Below are positions 39,301-50,407 of a stretch of DNA of 64,000 bases, piece by piece. Position numbers and translations under genes: made by a program. Position 1 is the first letter of the stretch. Every line of letters begins with the position of its first letter. The stretch comes from Lingula anatina (taxonomy: Eukaryota; Animalia; Brachiopoda). Location: NCBI GenBank assembly GCA_051362555.1, contig CM120640.1, positions 4,340,001 to 4,404,000 of the forward strand, in the 5' to 3' direction. The notes below the pieces were generated by a model. That model searched no databases. It had not been told where the DNA came from and worked only from the letters and a program-made list of their open reading frames with translations.

Positions 39301-42300
39301 AAGAATTGGAGAGAAAGCAGACGTTATGTTTGAGGTGGAACTGCTGAATTTTTATGACCAGGGTGCTGTGGATGCATTTTATGAGAAAACTGAGGTCAGG
39401 GAGGTTGCCATTATTATTATGTCGAATTTGCCTTTGCAGCAAGTTACTGTACTTTCATGTTTTTAGATGTTACCAAGAATGTAAAGTGATGTGCATGCTT
39501 TCTTTATGGTTCCTAATTGTAGATTGAGTTATATGCATGATTTCTCGTGACTTATAACTCAAACCTATCACAGTTAATTGTTTCATAGAAAATATTTTTG
39601 AGTTTCATTTTTTTTTATGTACAGACACAGATGTGTCTGTACATATTGCCATCACCTGCGTCTGTCGTCGCCGTCGCCGATGCCGATGCCGGCGCCGTGC
39701 ACTTTCCTTGTAAACACGATAAGTGGAGGGCAGTTTTACTTTTTGGCTTTATATTTACAGAGCTGATGAATATTCATAAAACGCAGGTCAAGTTCGAAAA
39801 TCAGCATGATCGGGCCATTATTGTATAAGTTATGCTGTTTTTTCACTTTTCAGCATATATGCAACACTGTAAACACATTTTAAGGCAAACCGTTAGGCCT
39901 GTTGTCATGAAACTCACAGAAGTAATCAATCTTACTAAAACGCAGGTCAAGTTCGAAAATCGGCATGATCGGGCCACTATTTTAGTAGTTATGCTGTTTT
40001 TTCATTTTTCAGCATATATGCAACACCGTAAACACAATATAAGAAAAACAGATGGGCCAATTGTCATTAAACTCACAGGAGTGGTCAATCTTACTAAAAT
40101 GCAGGTTGAGTTCGAAAATCAGCATAATCGGGGCATTATTTTAGAAGTTAAGCTGTTTTTTCACATTGCCTCAGATTCAACTCTTAGGCAATGTTAACAG
40201 TCTCATTACTGAACTAATAAGATACGTAAAAGTGTTTGTTTGACATTTCCTGCATCTTTACAATATTGTTAGTTGATTATGTAAAAATGATGGTAAACTT
40301 GTTAGCGTGTATTGTGTAATAAAGTGTCAAAAATGGAAATAAACTCATATCATTGCAGTTTGTCAGATTCAATCATTCACTATGTTCAGAATCTCAGAAT
40401 GGAGGAAATTGGACATTAAACACTATTCTATTGATATTTTTCCCATCTCATCAATTTTCTTAGTTGATCATATAAAAATTGCAGTAAACTGTTTATTTTG
40501 TTTTATGTTAAAAAAAAGTGTTAAAAATGGAAATAAACCCATGTCAGAACAGAGCTGTCTTGTTTCACATTTCCTCAGATTCAATTCTTAGGCATGTTAA
40601 CAGTTTCATTATTTAACTAATAAGACATGTAAAAGTGTTTGTTTGACATTTCCTGCATCTTTACAACATTGTTAGTTGATTATGTAAAAATGATGGTAAA
40701 CTTGTTATCGTGTATTGTGTAATAAAGTGTCAAAAATGGAAATAAACTCATATCATTGCAGTTTGTCAGATTCAATCATTCACTATGTTCAGAATCTTAG
40801 AATGGAGGAAATTGGACATTAAACACTATTCTATTGATATTTTTCCCATCTCATCAATTTTCTCAGTTGATCGTATAAAAATGGCAGTAACCTGTTAATT
40901 TTGTTTTATGTTAAAAAAAATTGTTAAAAATGAAAAAAAAAAAAACATTTCAGAACAGTGCTGTCTTGTTTACATTTTGGCATTTTCAAGTTGTGACTTT
41001 GAAGTTCCATGGGCCTGAAGACCTTTGCTAGTCACATTTTCTGAATATCCATGATACTTATATTTAATTATTAAAAATTGATGGTCATTATGCTGTTAAA
41101 CATTATGTAATGTTGCATCAAAATTTGAAAAAAACCTATTTTGGGCACTGCTCCCATGATGACCATTTAAGAGAAACCATGTCACTTACTGTTCTCAAAC
41201 AGTACAGTAAATATGTACAGATGTGTCTGTACATATTGCCATCACCTGTGTCTGTAGTCGCCGTCACTGTCGCTGTCGCCGACGCAGTGCACTTTCATTG
41301 TAAACACGATAAGTGGAGGGCAGTTTTACTTTTTGGCTTAATATTTACAGAGCTGATGAATATTCATAAAACGCAGGTCAAGTTCGAAAATCAGCATGAT
41401 CGGGCCATTATTGTAGAAGTTATGCTGTTTTTTCACTTTTCAGCATATATGCAACACTGTAAACACATTTTAAGGAATGTACTTTTGCATCAGAATTGAC
41501 AGTAGCCTATTTTGTGCATAGTTATTTCCTGTTTTTTGTCTGTACATTTGACAGCTTTGCTGCCTTGTTCAAAATATTAAGTTACTGAAATTTACATTAA
41601 TGTTTAAGTTGAAACATAATTATTACCTGAATTTCAGGAAGAACGTCGAAATGCGCCTTTAAGTGAAATACTCAGAGTTGTGCAGCATGATAAACAGGTA
41701 AGATTATAGTTTGCCTTTTTGTTTGTTCCATATAATCCTTAACAGCTTTTTCTTTGCTGCTGAAATATGTTACCTTTGTCATAGAAAATACTGCCCTAGA
41801 ATATTTTTCATCAAAGGCACCAATGTGGTATTTTCATTCATTTTCATATTATGCAGACATTTACTTTTTGTAACATCTGTTTTTTTTTTTTTAGAAAGCA
41901 GGAGAGTTATTCAATAAACAGAAGTACAGACCTGCCTTGAATTTATACAGAAAGGTAAAAGTTAGAATTTCTTCATTTTTATTTTGAATAATGATTAGAA
42001 AAAATAGCCAAGAATCAGGATAGGTGTAAATGTTACAGTATATTTTGCTAGGACAGGTATGTGGATATATGTATTAAAAGGAAACGAATTAAATCAGTGG
42101 ATATGATCTATGATGGATGGTGTAAGACTACATACAGAATGGCTTAAAACAAAAAAATAAAGAGACACTTGATTACTCCTGTGTAATCAATCTGTAACCT
42201 TTGAAATAAGCTTAAAGAACAATAACCAGTGACAAGATTAGTGAGGCAATACATGTAGGGGTTGTACTAAAACAGTGATTGTTAGTTTAAGAGAAGTTCT

Positions 42301-45300
42301 GCAGGCAGCCTTTTAATATAATTATTTGCTGTCATTGCCATCCTTTTTACTTTAATTCATTTTTTACTTTTTTTTTTTAAGATAATCAGGACTCTTGAGG
42401 GAGTCCATCTTCAAAATGATGATGAGGAAAAGGAACAGCAAGACTTATTGCAGAAAGTGTATCTCAATTCAGCCAACTGTAACACAAAACTTTCAAGAAA
42501 TGCAGATGCTGTGAGAGACTGCAAGATGGTGATGGAGAAGGATAGGAACAATGTCAAAGCAATGTACTTACGAGCCAAAGTAAGAAAATGTGGTGTGTTG
42601 CATTTAGTGTATTACATTTTTTATGTACAGACACAGATGTGTCTGTACATATTGCCATCACCTGCGTCTGTCGTCGCCGTCGCCGATGGCGATGGCGATG
42701 CCGATGGCGATGGCGATGCCGGCGCCGTGCACTTTCCTTGTAAACACGATAAGTGGAGGGCAGTTTTATTTTTTGGCTTTATATTTACAGAGCTGATGAA
42801 TATTCATAAAACGCAGGTCAAGTTCGAAAATCAGCATGATCGGGCCATTATTGTAGAAGTTATGCTGTTTTTTCACTTTTCAGCATATTTTTCACATTTC
42901 CTCAGATTCAATTCTTAGGCATGTTAACAGTCTCATTATTAAACTAATAAGATACGTAAAAGTTTTTGTTTGACATTTCCTGCATCTTTACAACATTGTT
43001 AGTTGATTTTGTAAAAATGATGGTAAACTTGTTATCGTGTATTGTGTAATAAAGTGTCAAAAATGGAAATAAACACATATCATTACAGTTTGTCAGATTC
43101 AATCATCCACTATGTTCAGAATCTCATAATGGAAGAAATTGGACATTTAACACTGCTCTGTTGATATTTTTCCCATATCATCAATTTTCTTAGTTGATCA
43201 TATAAAAATGGCAGTAAACTGTTAATTTTGTTATATGTTAAAAATTGTTAAAAATTGAAAAAAAAAAAAAATTTCAGAACAGTGCTGTCTTGTTTACATT
43301 TTGGCATTTTCAAGTTGTGACTTTTAAATTCCATGGGCCTGAAGACCTTTGCTAGTCACATTTTCTGAATATCCATGATACTAATATTTTATTATTAAAA
43401 ATTGATGGTCATCATGCTGTTAAACATTATGTAATATTGCATCAAAATTTAAAAAAAAAACTATTTTGGGCACTGCTCCCATGATGACCATTTAAGAAAA
43501 ACCATGTCACTTACTGTTCTCAAACAGTACAGTAAATATATATAGATGTGTCTGTACATATTGCCATCACCTGCGTCTGTTGTCCCCATCATCGTCGTCG
43601 CTGGCGCCGTGCACTTTCATTGTAAACACGATAAGTAGAAGGCAGTTTTACTTTTTGGCTTTATATTTACACAGCTGATGAATATTCATAAAACGCAGGT
43701 CAAGTTCGAAAATCAGCATGATCGGGCCATTATTGTAGAAGTTATGCTGTTTTTTTCACTTTTCAGCATATATGCAACACTTTAAACACATTCCAAGGAA
43801 AAACCGATAGGCCTGTTGTCATGAAACTCACAAGAGTAATCTATCTTACTAAAACGCAGGTCAAGTTAGAAAATCGGCATGATCAGGCCACTATTTTAGT
43901 AGTTATGCTATTTTTATGTACAGACACAGATGTGTCTGTACATATTGCCATCACCTGCGTCTGTCGTCGCCGTCGCCGGCGCCGTGCACTTTCCTTGTAA
44001 ACACGATAAGTGGAGGGCAGTTTTACTTTTTGGCTTTATATTTACAGAGCTGATGAATATTCATAAAACGCAGGTCAAGTTCGAAAATCAGCATGATCGG
44101 GCCATTATTGTATAAGTTATGCTGTTTTTTCACTTTTCAGCATATATGCAACCCTGTAAACACATTTTAAGGCAAACCGTTAGGCCTGTTGTCATGAAAC
44201 TCACAGGAATAATCAATCTTACTAAAATGCAGGTCAAGTTCGAAAATCGGCATGATCGGGCCACTATTTTAGTAGTTATGCTGTTTTTTCATTTTTCAGC
44301 ATATATGCAACACCGTAAACACAATATAAGAAAAACAGATGGGCTAATTGTCATTAAACTCACAGGAGTGGTCAATCTTACTAAAACGCAGGTTGAGTTC
44401 GAAAATCGGCACAATAGGGGCATTATTTTAGAAGTTAAGCTGTTTTTTCACATTGCCTCAGATTCAACTCTTAGGCAATGTTAACAGTCTCATTACTGAA
44501 CTAATAAGATACGTAAAAGTGTTTGTTTGACATTTCCTGCATCTTTACAATATTGTTAGTTGATTATGTAAAAATGATGGTAAACTTGTTAGCGTGTATT
44601 GTGTAATAAAGCGTCAAAAATGGAAATAAACTCATATCATTGCAGTTTGTCAGGTTCAATCATTCACTATGTTCAGAATCTCAGAATGGAGGAAATTGGA
44701 CATTAAACACTATTCTATTGATATTTTTCCCATCTCATCAATTTTCTTAGTTGATCATATAAAAATTGCAGTAAACTGTTAATTTTGTTTTATGTTAAAA
44801 AAAGTGTTAAAAATGGAAATAAACCCATGTCAGAACAGAGCTGTCTTGTTTCACATTTCCTCAGATTCAATTCTTAGGCATGTTAACAGTCTCATTATTT
44901 AACTAATAAGACATGTAAAAGTGTTTGTTTGACATTTCCTGCATCTTTACAACATTGTTAGTTGAATATGTAAAAATGATGGTAAACTTGTTATCGTGTA
45001 TTGTGTAATAAAGTTTCAAAAATGGAAATAAACTCATATCATTGCAGTTTGTCAGATTCAATCATTCAGTATGTTCAGAATCTTAGAATGGAGGAAATTG
45101 GACATTAAACACTATTCTATTGATATTTTTCCCATCTCATCAATTTTCTCAGTTGATTGTATAAAAATGGCAGTAACCTGTTAATTTTGTTTTATGTTTA
45201 AAAAAATTGTTAAAAATGAAAAAAAAAAACAAAAACATTTCAGAACAGTGCTGTCTTGTTTACATTTTGGCATTTTCAAGTTGTGACTTTGAAGTTCCAT

Positions 45301-48300
45301 GGGCCTGAAGACCTTTGCTAGTCACATTTTCTGAATATCCATGATACTAATATTTAATTATTAAAAAATGATGGTCATTATGCTGTTAAACATTATGTAT
45401 TATTGCATCAAAATTTGAAAAAAACCTATTTTGGGCACTGCTCCCATGATGACCATGTAAGAGAAACCATGTCACTTACTGTTCTCAAACAGTACAGTAA
45501 ATATGTACAGATGTGTCTGTACATATTGCCATCACCTGTGTCTGTCGTCGCCGTCACTGTCGCTGTCGCCGGCGCCATGCACTTTCATTGTAAACACGAT
45601 AAGTGGAGGGCAGTTTTACTTTTTGGCATAATATTTACAGAGCTAATGAATATTCATAAAACGCAGGTCAAGTTCGAAAATCAGCATGATCGGGCCATTA
45701 TTGTAGAAGTTATGCTGTTTTTTCACTTTTCAGCATATATGCAACACTGTAAACACATTTTAAGGAATGTACTTTTGCATCAGAATTGACAGTAGCCTAT
45801 TTTGTGCATAGTTATTTCCTGTTTTTTGTCTGTACATTTGACAGCTTTGCTGCCTTGTTTTTACATATTTGAATTGTTGTACCACAAAATTGCAAGTTAA
45901 AATGCAGTAGGATACCTTTTCTAATTCCAATAATTGTACCACCAGCGTTAGCGCTGGCGGTACACATGGTTTTAGTCCCGTCCGGATCGTTCCGCCGGCT
46001 CCTGCGGCTCCGCCGGACGGCTACCGTTACCGCTTCTCCTCCTAGACGGTAAGGGCCCCTGTACCCATCTCTTGGATTTAGGTCACCTATAATCTCAACT
46101 CGTTCCACGTAAAATTTGGGCTTTGTCAGTTTTGGGGTCTAGGTGTGGCACTCATTACAATGCACCCTTGTCTAAAAATGGCAAAATTAAATGCTAATTA
46201 TCTACCCTACGGAAGGAATTATGGGAAAATTTTCTACAGACGGCTTTCCAAAAGTCATATGTGTAGATTTCAAATATGCCCTTGGATTTGACCTTTGACC
46301 TTTATTTCAAGGTCAAACGGGCCAAAATTTTCAAAAAAATGAATTTTTTTACGAAAAAATAATTATTTGCCCTGTTATTCAGACACCACACAGACTTAAC
46401 CAATAATATTATTGGAAAGTGTTACCCTTCAGGTCATCTTTCATCTCCGTGAATTTGGGGTCAATCGGTGCATTTTCACGGGAGTAGCGGCCATAAGATA
46501 CCGAAACTGAAAACTGTCTCTAATTCGGGAACCGTTAATGCTAGAGACCCATTCTTTTTTGCATTTTGTAGAGCATGTAAAGCCCAACACTGGAGGTGGT
46601 CTCGGTTTTTTTGTATTCCATACGGTTTTCGAGTTACACTGTATCAAAAAGTACATATTGGTGGTGAAAGCAAAATGTGCAGTACGGTAATGGATAATAA
46701 ATTTTGAACTCCGGAAAAATAAAACATAAGGCTTGGCAAAGCAGACAACTTGTGGTCAAAAATGACATTATTTCATCAAATTTGAACATCTGGAACTTCA
46801 GAGCACCTCCCATTTCAAGAATTTTGACCAAAATGACATTTTCTTTATTTTAATTAATTTTTTCTGTACGAAATTTATGGCACATTATGGTAACTCCAAA
46901 ATTATAACATTTAGTCCCTTATATCTCCAAAACTGGCAGAGATAGGTCCATAGTTACTATTGAACTTGAATAGGAAGTCATATACTGGCAATCTAAATGT
47001 GACCTTGAAATTGACCTTTGACCTACTTTTCACCATGAACTGAACTTTGCAAATTTTGGTTCCCTTTTATTTCCAAAACTGGCAGAGATAGGTCCATAGT
47101 TACTATTGAAGTTGAATAGGAAGTCATATACTGGCAATCTAAATGTGACCTTGTTTATTAATTTCTCTTTAAAACAAAATATTTTAAAAATTTATGTAAT
47201 TGCCATATTTTTTCTTTTACAATTTCAAATTTTGTTGGCAGGAATGATTTTTTAAAGCAGAAGAAATATACAGCACATAAATATTATACTTCCATTCACT
47301 TTTTGCTAACTTCAGGCACTTTACCAGGATGGAAAATTTGATGGTGCTATAAACTGGATTAAGAGGGCACAGGCAAAAAGCCCAAATAACACAGACATAA
47401 ATAATTTACTGGGAAAAATAAATGAGTAAGTTACTACAGTGACCCTCCATAGCCATTGACTGGTTGCACATTGCTTAAAATACATTGCTTTTATTTTTTT
47501 CTATTTTTTAATGGTTTTAAAATATAAATAGCATTATAGAAACTGCTTTGATGCTTTAAATGCATAAAGAAACTGAAATGTATCATGACTGTTCTCAATG
47601 TTTTAAGGTTATTATGTAGTTTTGAGCTAATCTGTATTTTGTGTACATAAGAATACATAATAATTATAATTGCAGTGACATGAACAGATTCAGGCAACTA
47701 GAAATTGACGTTTGCAAGAGGATGTTTTCACAGCCAGGGCCAAGTATGGCATTTTTGTGACTAGAACATTAAAAGTGAATTCCTGTATAATAATATTTAT
47801 CCTTCACACTTCTAATATCTTAGATTGAGTGCTGTACTTTTTAGTATTGATACATTGGCATATGAAAGATCCAATGGTTTCTTATTTATCTAACACCTTC
47901 ATAACTATTGTTATGATTGCTGTTGCTGCTTTATGAAATATGGCAGTAGCTATCGAATATAAAAGATAAAATTTAAGATTTTCATTATTTGCTAACAAAT
48001 AAGTACATATGTTTCTCTTTAACCGTTATGCTTTAGAGGAAGATCCCAAAAAGGAAAGTGAATCTTCAAAAGGAAATTGTTCTGAAGAATTTAAGAGATC
48101 TTCAAGAGAGGGACTTCTGTAAGTATTTTCTATTTTAGCATAGAGCTGTGGGGACCCTAGAACCTTGATAGCTTCATATCTCTCAAGACTTCAGTCTTCA
48201 CAGAAGATTTATCAGTTTGAAGATATTTAATCAACAAAAATTCTTTGATGTTTATCATTTGTAAATATGGTGCAGAAAGTTTGGTATAATCCTAATTGTT

Positions 48301-48948
48301 AATCATTTCTGTATATAATAATAACAATAAATTTATTTGAAAAACTAGGCGAGGACCTTTACAATGGAAGCACACCACAGGGTCAGAGGTTCCCTGAGAT
48401 GCTTCCCTATATACTGCAGCATTTCAAGCAAGTTAAGAATAGAAACTCTTTCTTAAATTTTATATATTATTTGAAATTTCTGTCCATTGTTGAGTTAAAT
48501 CATTTGTCTAAACGTTATTCTTGTGTCTCATCTTTCTAGGGCATTTAAAAACAATCCAAATTTAGAAGAGATGCCATTTACAGTTGCCACTTTTAGCAAG
48601 GAAGAGATCGCCTGTGTTCTAGAAATAGCTGAGGAACTTGGGCTAGTCAGGGATGTTAATCAAAAGGTAGTAACATTCTTCAGTGAATATTAAAATGTAT
48701 TTTGGTAATTTTGTTTAGTTTAAGTAAAATAATACAATGGTAGTAACATTCTTCAGTGAATATTAAAATGTATTTTGGTAATTTTGTTTAGTATAAGTAA
48801 AATAATACAATACATTCATTTTTTTTTTTTTTTTTGTAATTCTTTGAACAGGTGTGCTTAAACAAAATTTGTTTCCTTTTTATAGGGTGGAATCCTGACA
48901 GTCAAATTTTTAAAGAAGAAATGTGCTACTGATGATGTTGTACAGTAA
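30373..48948 (+). CDS. FKBP6: FKBP6/shutdown-like inactive PPIase with TPR repeats (piRNA-pathway co-chaperone family), about 509 aa
   Basis: Exons 30373-30450 (inferred first exon), 37792-37918, 38230-38493, 38792-38881, 39192-39394, 41638-41697, 41895-41954, 42382-42579, 47316-47425, 47676-47743, 48037-48118, 48540-48666, 48886-48948 give 1530 nt in frame. Motifs: GGVLKQVLKPGTG, VHYNGYLEYSGEPFDST, GLEIAVSSMRKGELARF, YAYGERGCPPRI, FEVELL, TPR segment YLNSANC..NVKAMYLRAKAL, CKRMF. Exon 1 is less certain (about 0.65). Confidence 0.88.
30816..31533 (+). mobile_element. 5'-truncated non-LTR retrotransposon 3' end (RTEX-like)
   Basis: Peptide KLRTYSTFK..FRISAHNLAIEKGRH..RLCTVC..VEDEFHFMMICPSY..LR is the post-RT C-terminal Cys motif. 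It ends in AATAAA followed by an (ATTCTG)n-type tail at 31516-31533. Confidence 0.85.
31779..36998 (-). CDS. Uncharacterised type-I membrane receptor: signal peptide, SUEL/rhamnose-binding-lectin-like domain, Thr/Ser mucin stalk, TM helix, tyrosine-motif-rich cytoplasmic tail, about 544 aa
   Basis: Exons 36917-36998 (MAKITFLFILVFGLTFTML), 36063-36698 (CEGDTMVLMCLPG..I.V.EALYG..C..CEDKVNCSI..CP..YLIVTYTC, then Thr-rich), 32784-32862 (GAIIGGAVGGSLFLVVLIFIAVILVCR), 31779-32616. Total 1635 nt in frame. Confidence 0.85.
33131..33307 (+). pseudogene. Frameshifted THAP zinc-finger remnant (N-terminus of a Kolobok transposase)
   Basis: Across frameshifts it reads SCVVHGSNST..FHFF..KLRRQWINFV..KDF..MRICEKQFE. 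This fits the THAP pattern C-x-x-x-x-C..F..W..RIC-x-x-HF with the second Cys and the His degenerate. Confidence 0.75.
34721..35590 (-). pseudogene. KolX / P2X7 C-terminal ballast-domain-like gene remnant inside the Kolobok element
   Basis: The 5' exon reads VLPYKFEPFQSDSEDE and ends at a TG|GTAAGT donor (35391). The last exon (acceptor at 34890) reads KYLQIYYCQVVWWCRFL / GKECRVPLPACALIKIR across a frameshift, matching the YR..W..LG..R..LP.C....IR motif. Confidence 0.7.
38040..38143. repeat. 52-bp tandem duplication (2 copies)
   Basis: TAGAACTTTTATTAAAA..ATGAAAAACTGCAGGATGTTGTAAGTG occurs twice. Confidence 0.9.
39611..41569 (+). mobile_element. Non-autonomous Helentron/DINE-1-like element (HINE), copy 1, in an FKBP6 intron
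   Basis: 5' T-run, then subTIR ATGTACAGACA with nearby inverse TGTCTGTACAT, a GTCGCC/GATGCC microsatellite, about 159-bp and about 404-bp internal tandem units, and a 3' TGTCTGTACAT plus hairpin GACAGC-TTT-GCTGCC-TTGTT. Confidence 0.85.
42617..43910 (+). mobile_element. HINE copy 2 (rearranged, 3' end missing), abutting copy 3
   Basis: Same 5' head and internal units as copy 1, with an expanded GATGGC/GATGCC microsatellite and a second internal head near 43545. Confidence 0.8.
43911..45859 (+). mobile_element. HINE copy 3, near-identical in structure to copy 1
   Basis: Same head, repeat units, internal second head and 3' subTIR/hairpin as 39611-41569. Confidence 0.85.
45934..47153 (+). mobile_element. 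Second Helentron-like non-autonomous family, 3'-truncated
   Basis: 5' fold-back TGTACCACCAGC-GTTAGC-GCTGGCGGTACA and a GC-rich simple-repeat stretch. A unit AAAACTGGCAGAGATAGGTCCATAGTTACTATTGAA..GGAAGTCATATA..TGACCTTG occurs twice (about 46929 and 47074). Confidence 0.65.
48666..48811. repeat. 73-bp tandem duplication starting at an FKBP6 splice donor
   Basis: GGTAGTAACATTCTTCAGTG..AAATAATACAAT at 48666-48738 and 48739-48811. Confidence 0.9.
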
Positions 48949-49138
48949 AATTATAACATCAAATTATAAAATGGCAAAATAAAAAACAGTTCAAGCATAT
49001 ATTGAAGTATGATGATATACAAAAATAGATCATACCTTTGCTGTATGCTGCAGTGTTTCATGCATAAAGACCCACATGAAAGATAAACTATGATAGATCA
49101 GAAGCAAAAATAAAAACAATACTTTTTACCAACTGTTA

Positions 49139-49449
49139 GATTGCATTCACAACGAGTTGAGCCAGGCTTTACAAATCCTGGGGACTAAATATGGCAGACG
49201 TACATGAAAGAAAAACTGCCTAATCTTTAAATAGTCTCTCCGCCTCTCACACGCCTCCCCATGTGTCGTCCCAATGGAGCCGAGATTTAATGACTGCCTG
49301 CCCCCCCCCCCCGCAGGGATGATGTGTGGGGAGGTGTGTGAGAGGCGGAGAGACTATTAAAAGATTAGGCGGTTTTTCTTTCATGTACGACCGCCATATT
49401 TAGTCCCCAGGATTTGTAAAGCCTGGCTCAACTCGTTGTGAATGCGATC
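49139..49449. mobile_element. Near-palindromic MITE (about 130-bp TIRs, TTA duplication; PIF/Harbinger-like) downstream of the FKBP6 stop
   Basis: GATTGCATTCACAACGAGTTGAGCCAGGCTTTACAAATCCTGGGGACTAAATATGGC.. is mirrored at the right end. Flanked by TTA at 49136-49138 and 49450-49452. Confidence 0.85.
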
Positions 49450-50230
49450 TTAAATTAACTGTAACCAATATCAATAAAAAAAGAGAACAAAATAGACCTG
49501 ATACATATGGAATATATTTCAGAATTTAAAAGTCAATAGAGTGAAGCAAAGTTATTTTCCTGTCTTTTATATCAAAATGATTTTGCTTTGAGTAACCTTG
49601 TTCATTTCATACATTCAGGTCTCTTTTGTACCCAAGTTTCATTGTATAAATGTATATATATTTGAAAAAGAAAAAGAATTCAGAATAAAGATAGTTTTGT
49701 ACGTTTATAAAATAAAATAATAAAATAAATGTAAACATATCTAAAAAAAAAAAAAAAAAAGAATTCAGAATAAAGATAGTTTTGTATGTTTATAAAATGG
49801 GATATGTTTTTTTTTTTTCCTTTCTGTAAGCTGTAAGAGAATTGGGGAATGTGCAGTGCAGTTTACACAGGTTTTAGTTGATCCTTTTAATTTTGAATTT
49901 TATTTATAAGGGATCAACTTAGATATATTTTAACCTTTTAATTTTTTTTTTTTTTTTTTTTTGCGTTATATCAAAGAATGTATAAATGATTTCAAAAATA
50001 TTTTATGGAAGATTGGAATACATATATCTTTATGCAAAATAATAAATAATTTTGAAATCACAATCCTGGGATTTTTTGGAGAAGTATTGTTCTGGACAAA
50101 AAAAATATTAAGCATGGCTTTCACTTAGTGGGTTTACACGAGTAGTAAATATCCAAATCCCAAGATCACGTGTACCATTACGCAGAAATCGTGTTGCTCA
50201 GAATAATCCGACATGGTGCTATATTTGGAA

Positions 50231-50241
50231 GGGGATTCCCC
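50231..50241. promoter_or_regulatory. Consensus NF-kappaB site upstream of the PARP14-like gene
   Basis: GGGGATTCCCC fits GGGRNWYYCC and ends about 170 bp before the ATG at 50408. Nearby are ETS-like CCGGAAAT (about 50290), YY1-like GCCATTTT (about 50340) and E-box CACGTG (about 50167). Confidence 0.55.
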
Positions 50242-50407
50242 TACATCGTCTCAACGTCATCAATTTCATCCAATGGGAGCACGCGAATACCGGAAATGTC
50301 GCACTCTGAGACTTTGCACTGTATTTTTCCCCCAGCGCAGCCATTTTAGTTGCAGATAATTCAAGAGGAAAATGATGGGTTAAAGAGCTCACAAATACCA
50401 CTATATC

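Noticed and set aside
39780-40140. Regularly spaced CAGGTCAAGTTCGAAAATC repeats resembling a CRISPR array or tRNA B-boxes
   Set aside because: The intervening sequences are themselves homologous 159-bp tandem units in a eukaryotic transposon. There are no unique spacers, cas genes or cloverleaf.
39598-45789. Recurrent ORFs such as MCLYILPSPASVVAV..HKTQVKFENQHDRAII suggesting a repeated gene family
   Set aside because: They are translations of the HINE head and repeat units. Stops and frames vary between copies and no protein motif is recognisable.
48015-48036. U12-like branch sequence TCTTTAAC before an FKBP6 acceptor
   Set aside because: The matching donor is GTATGGC, not the U12 GTATCCTT.
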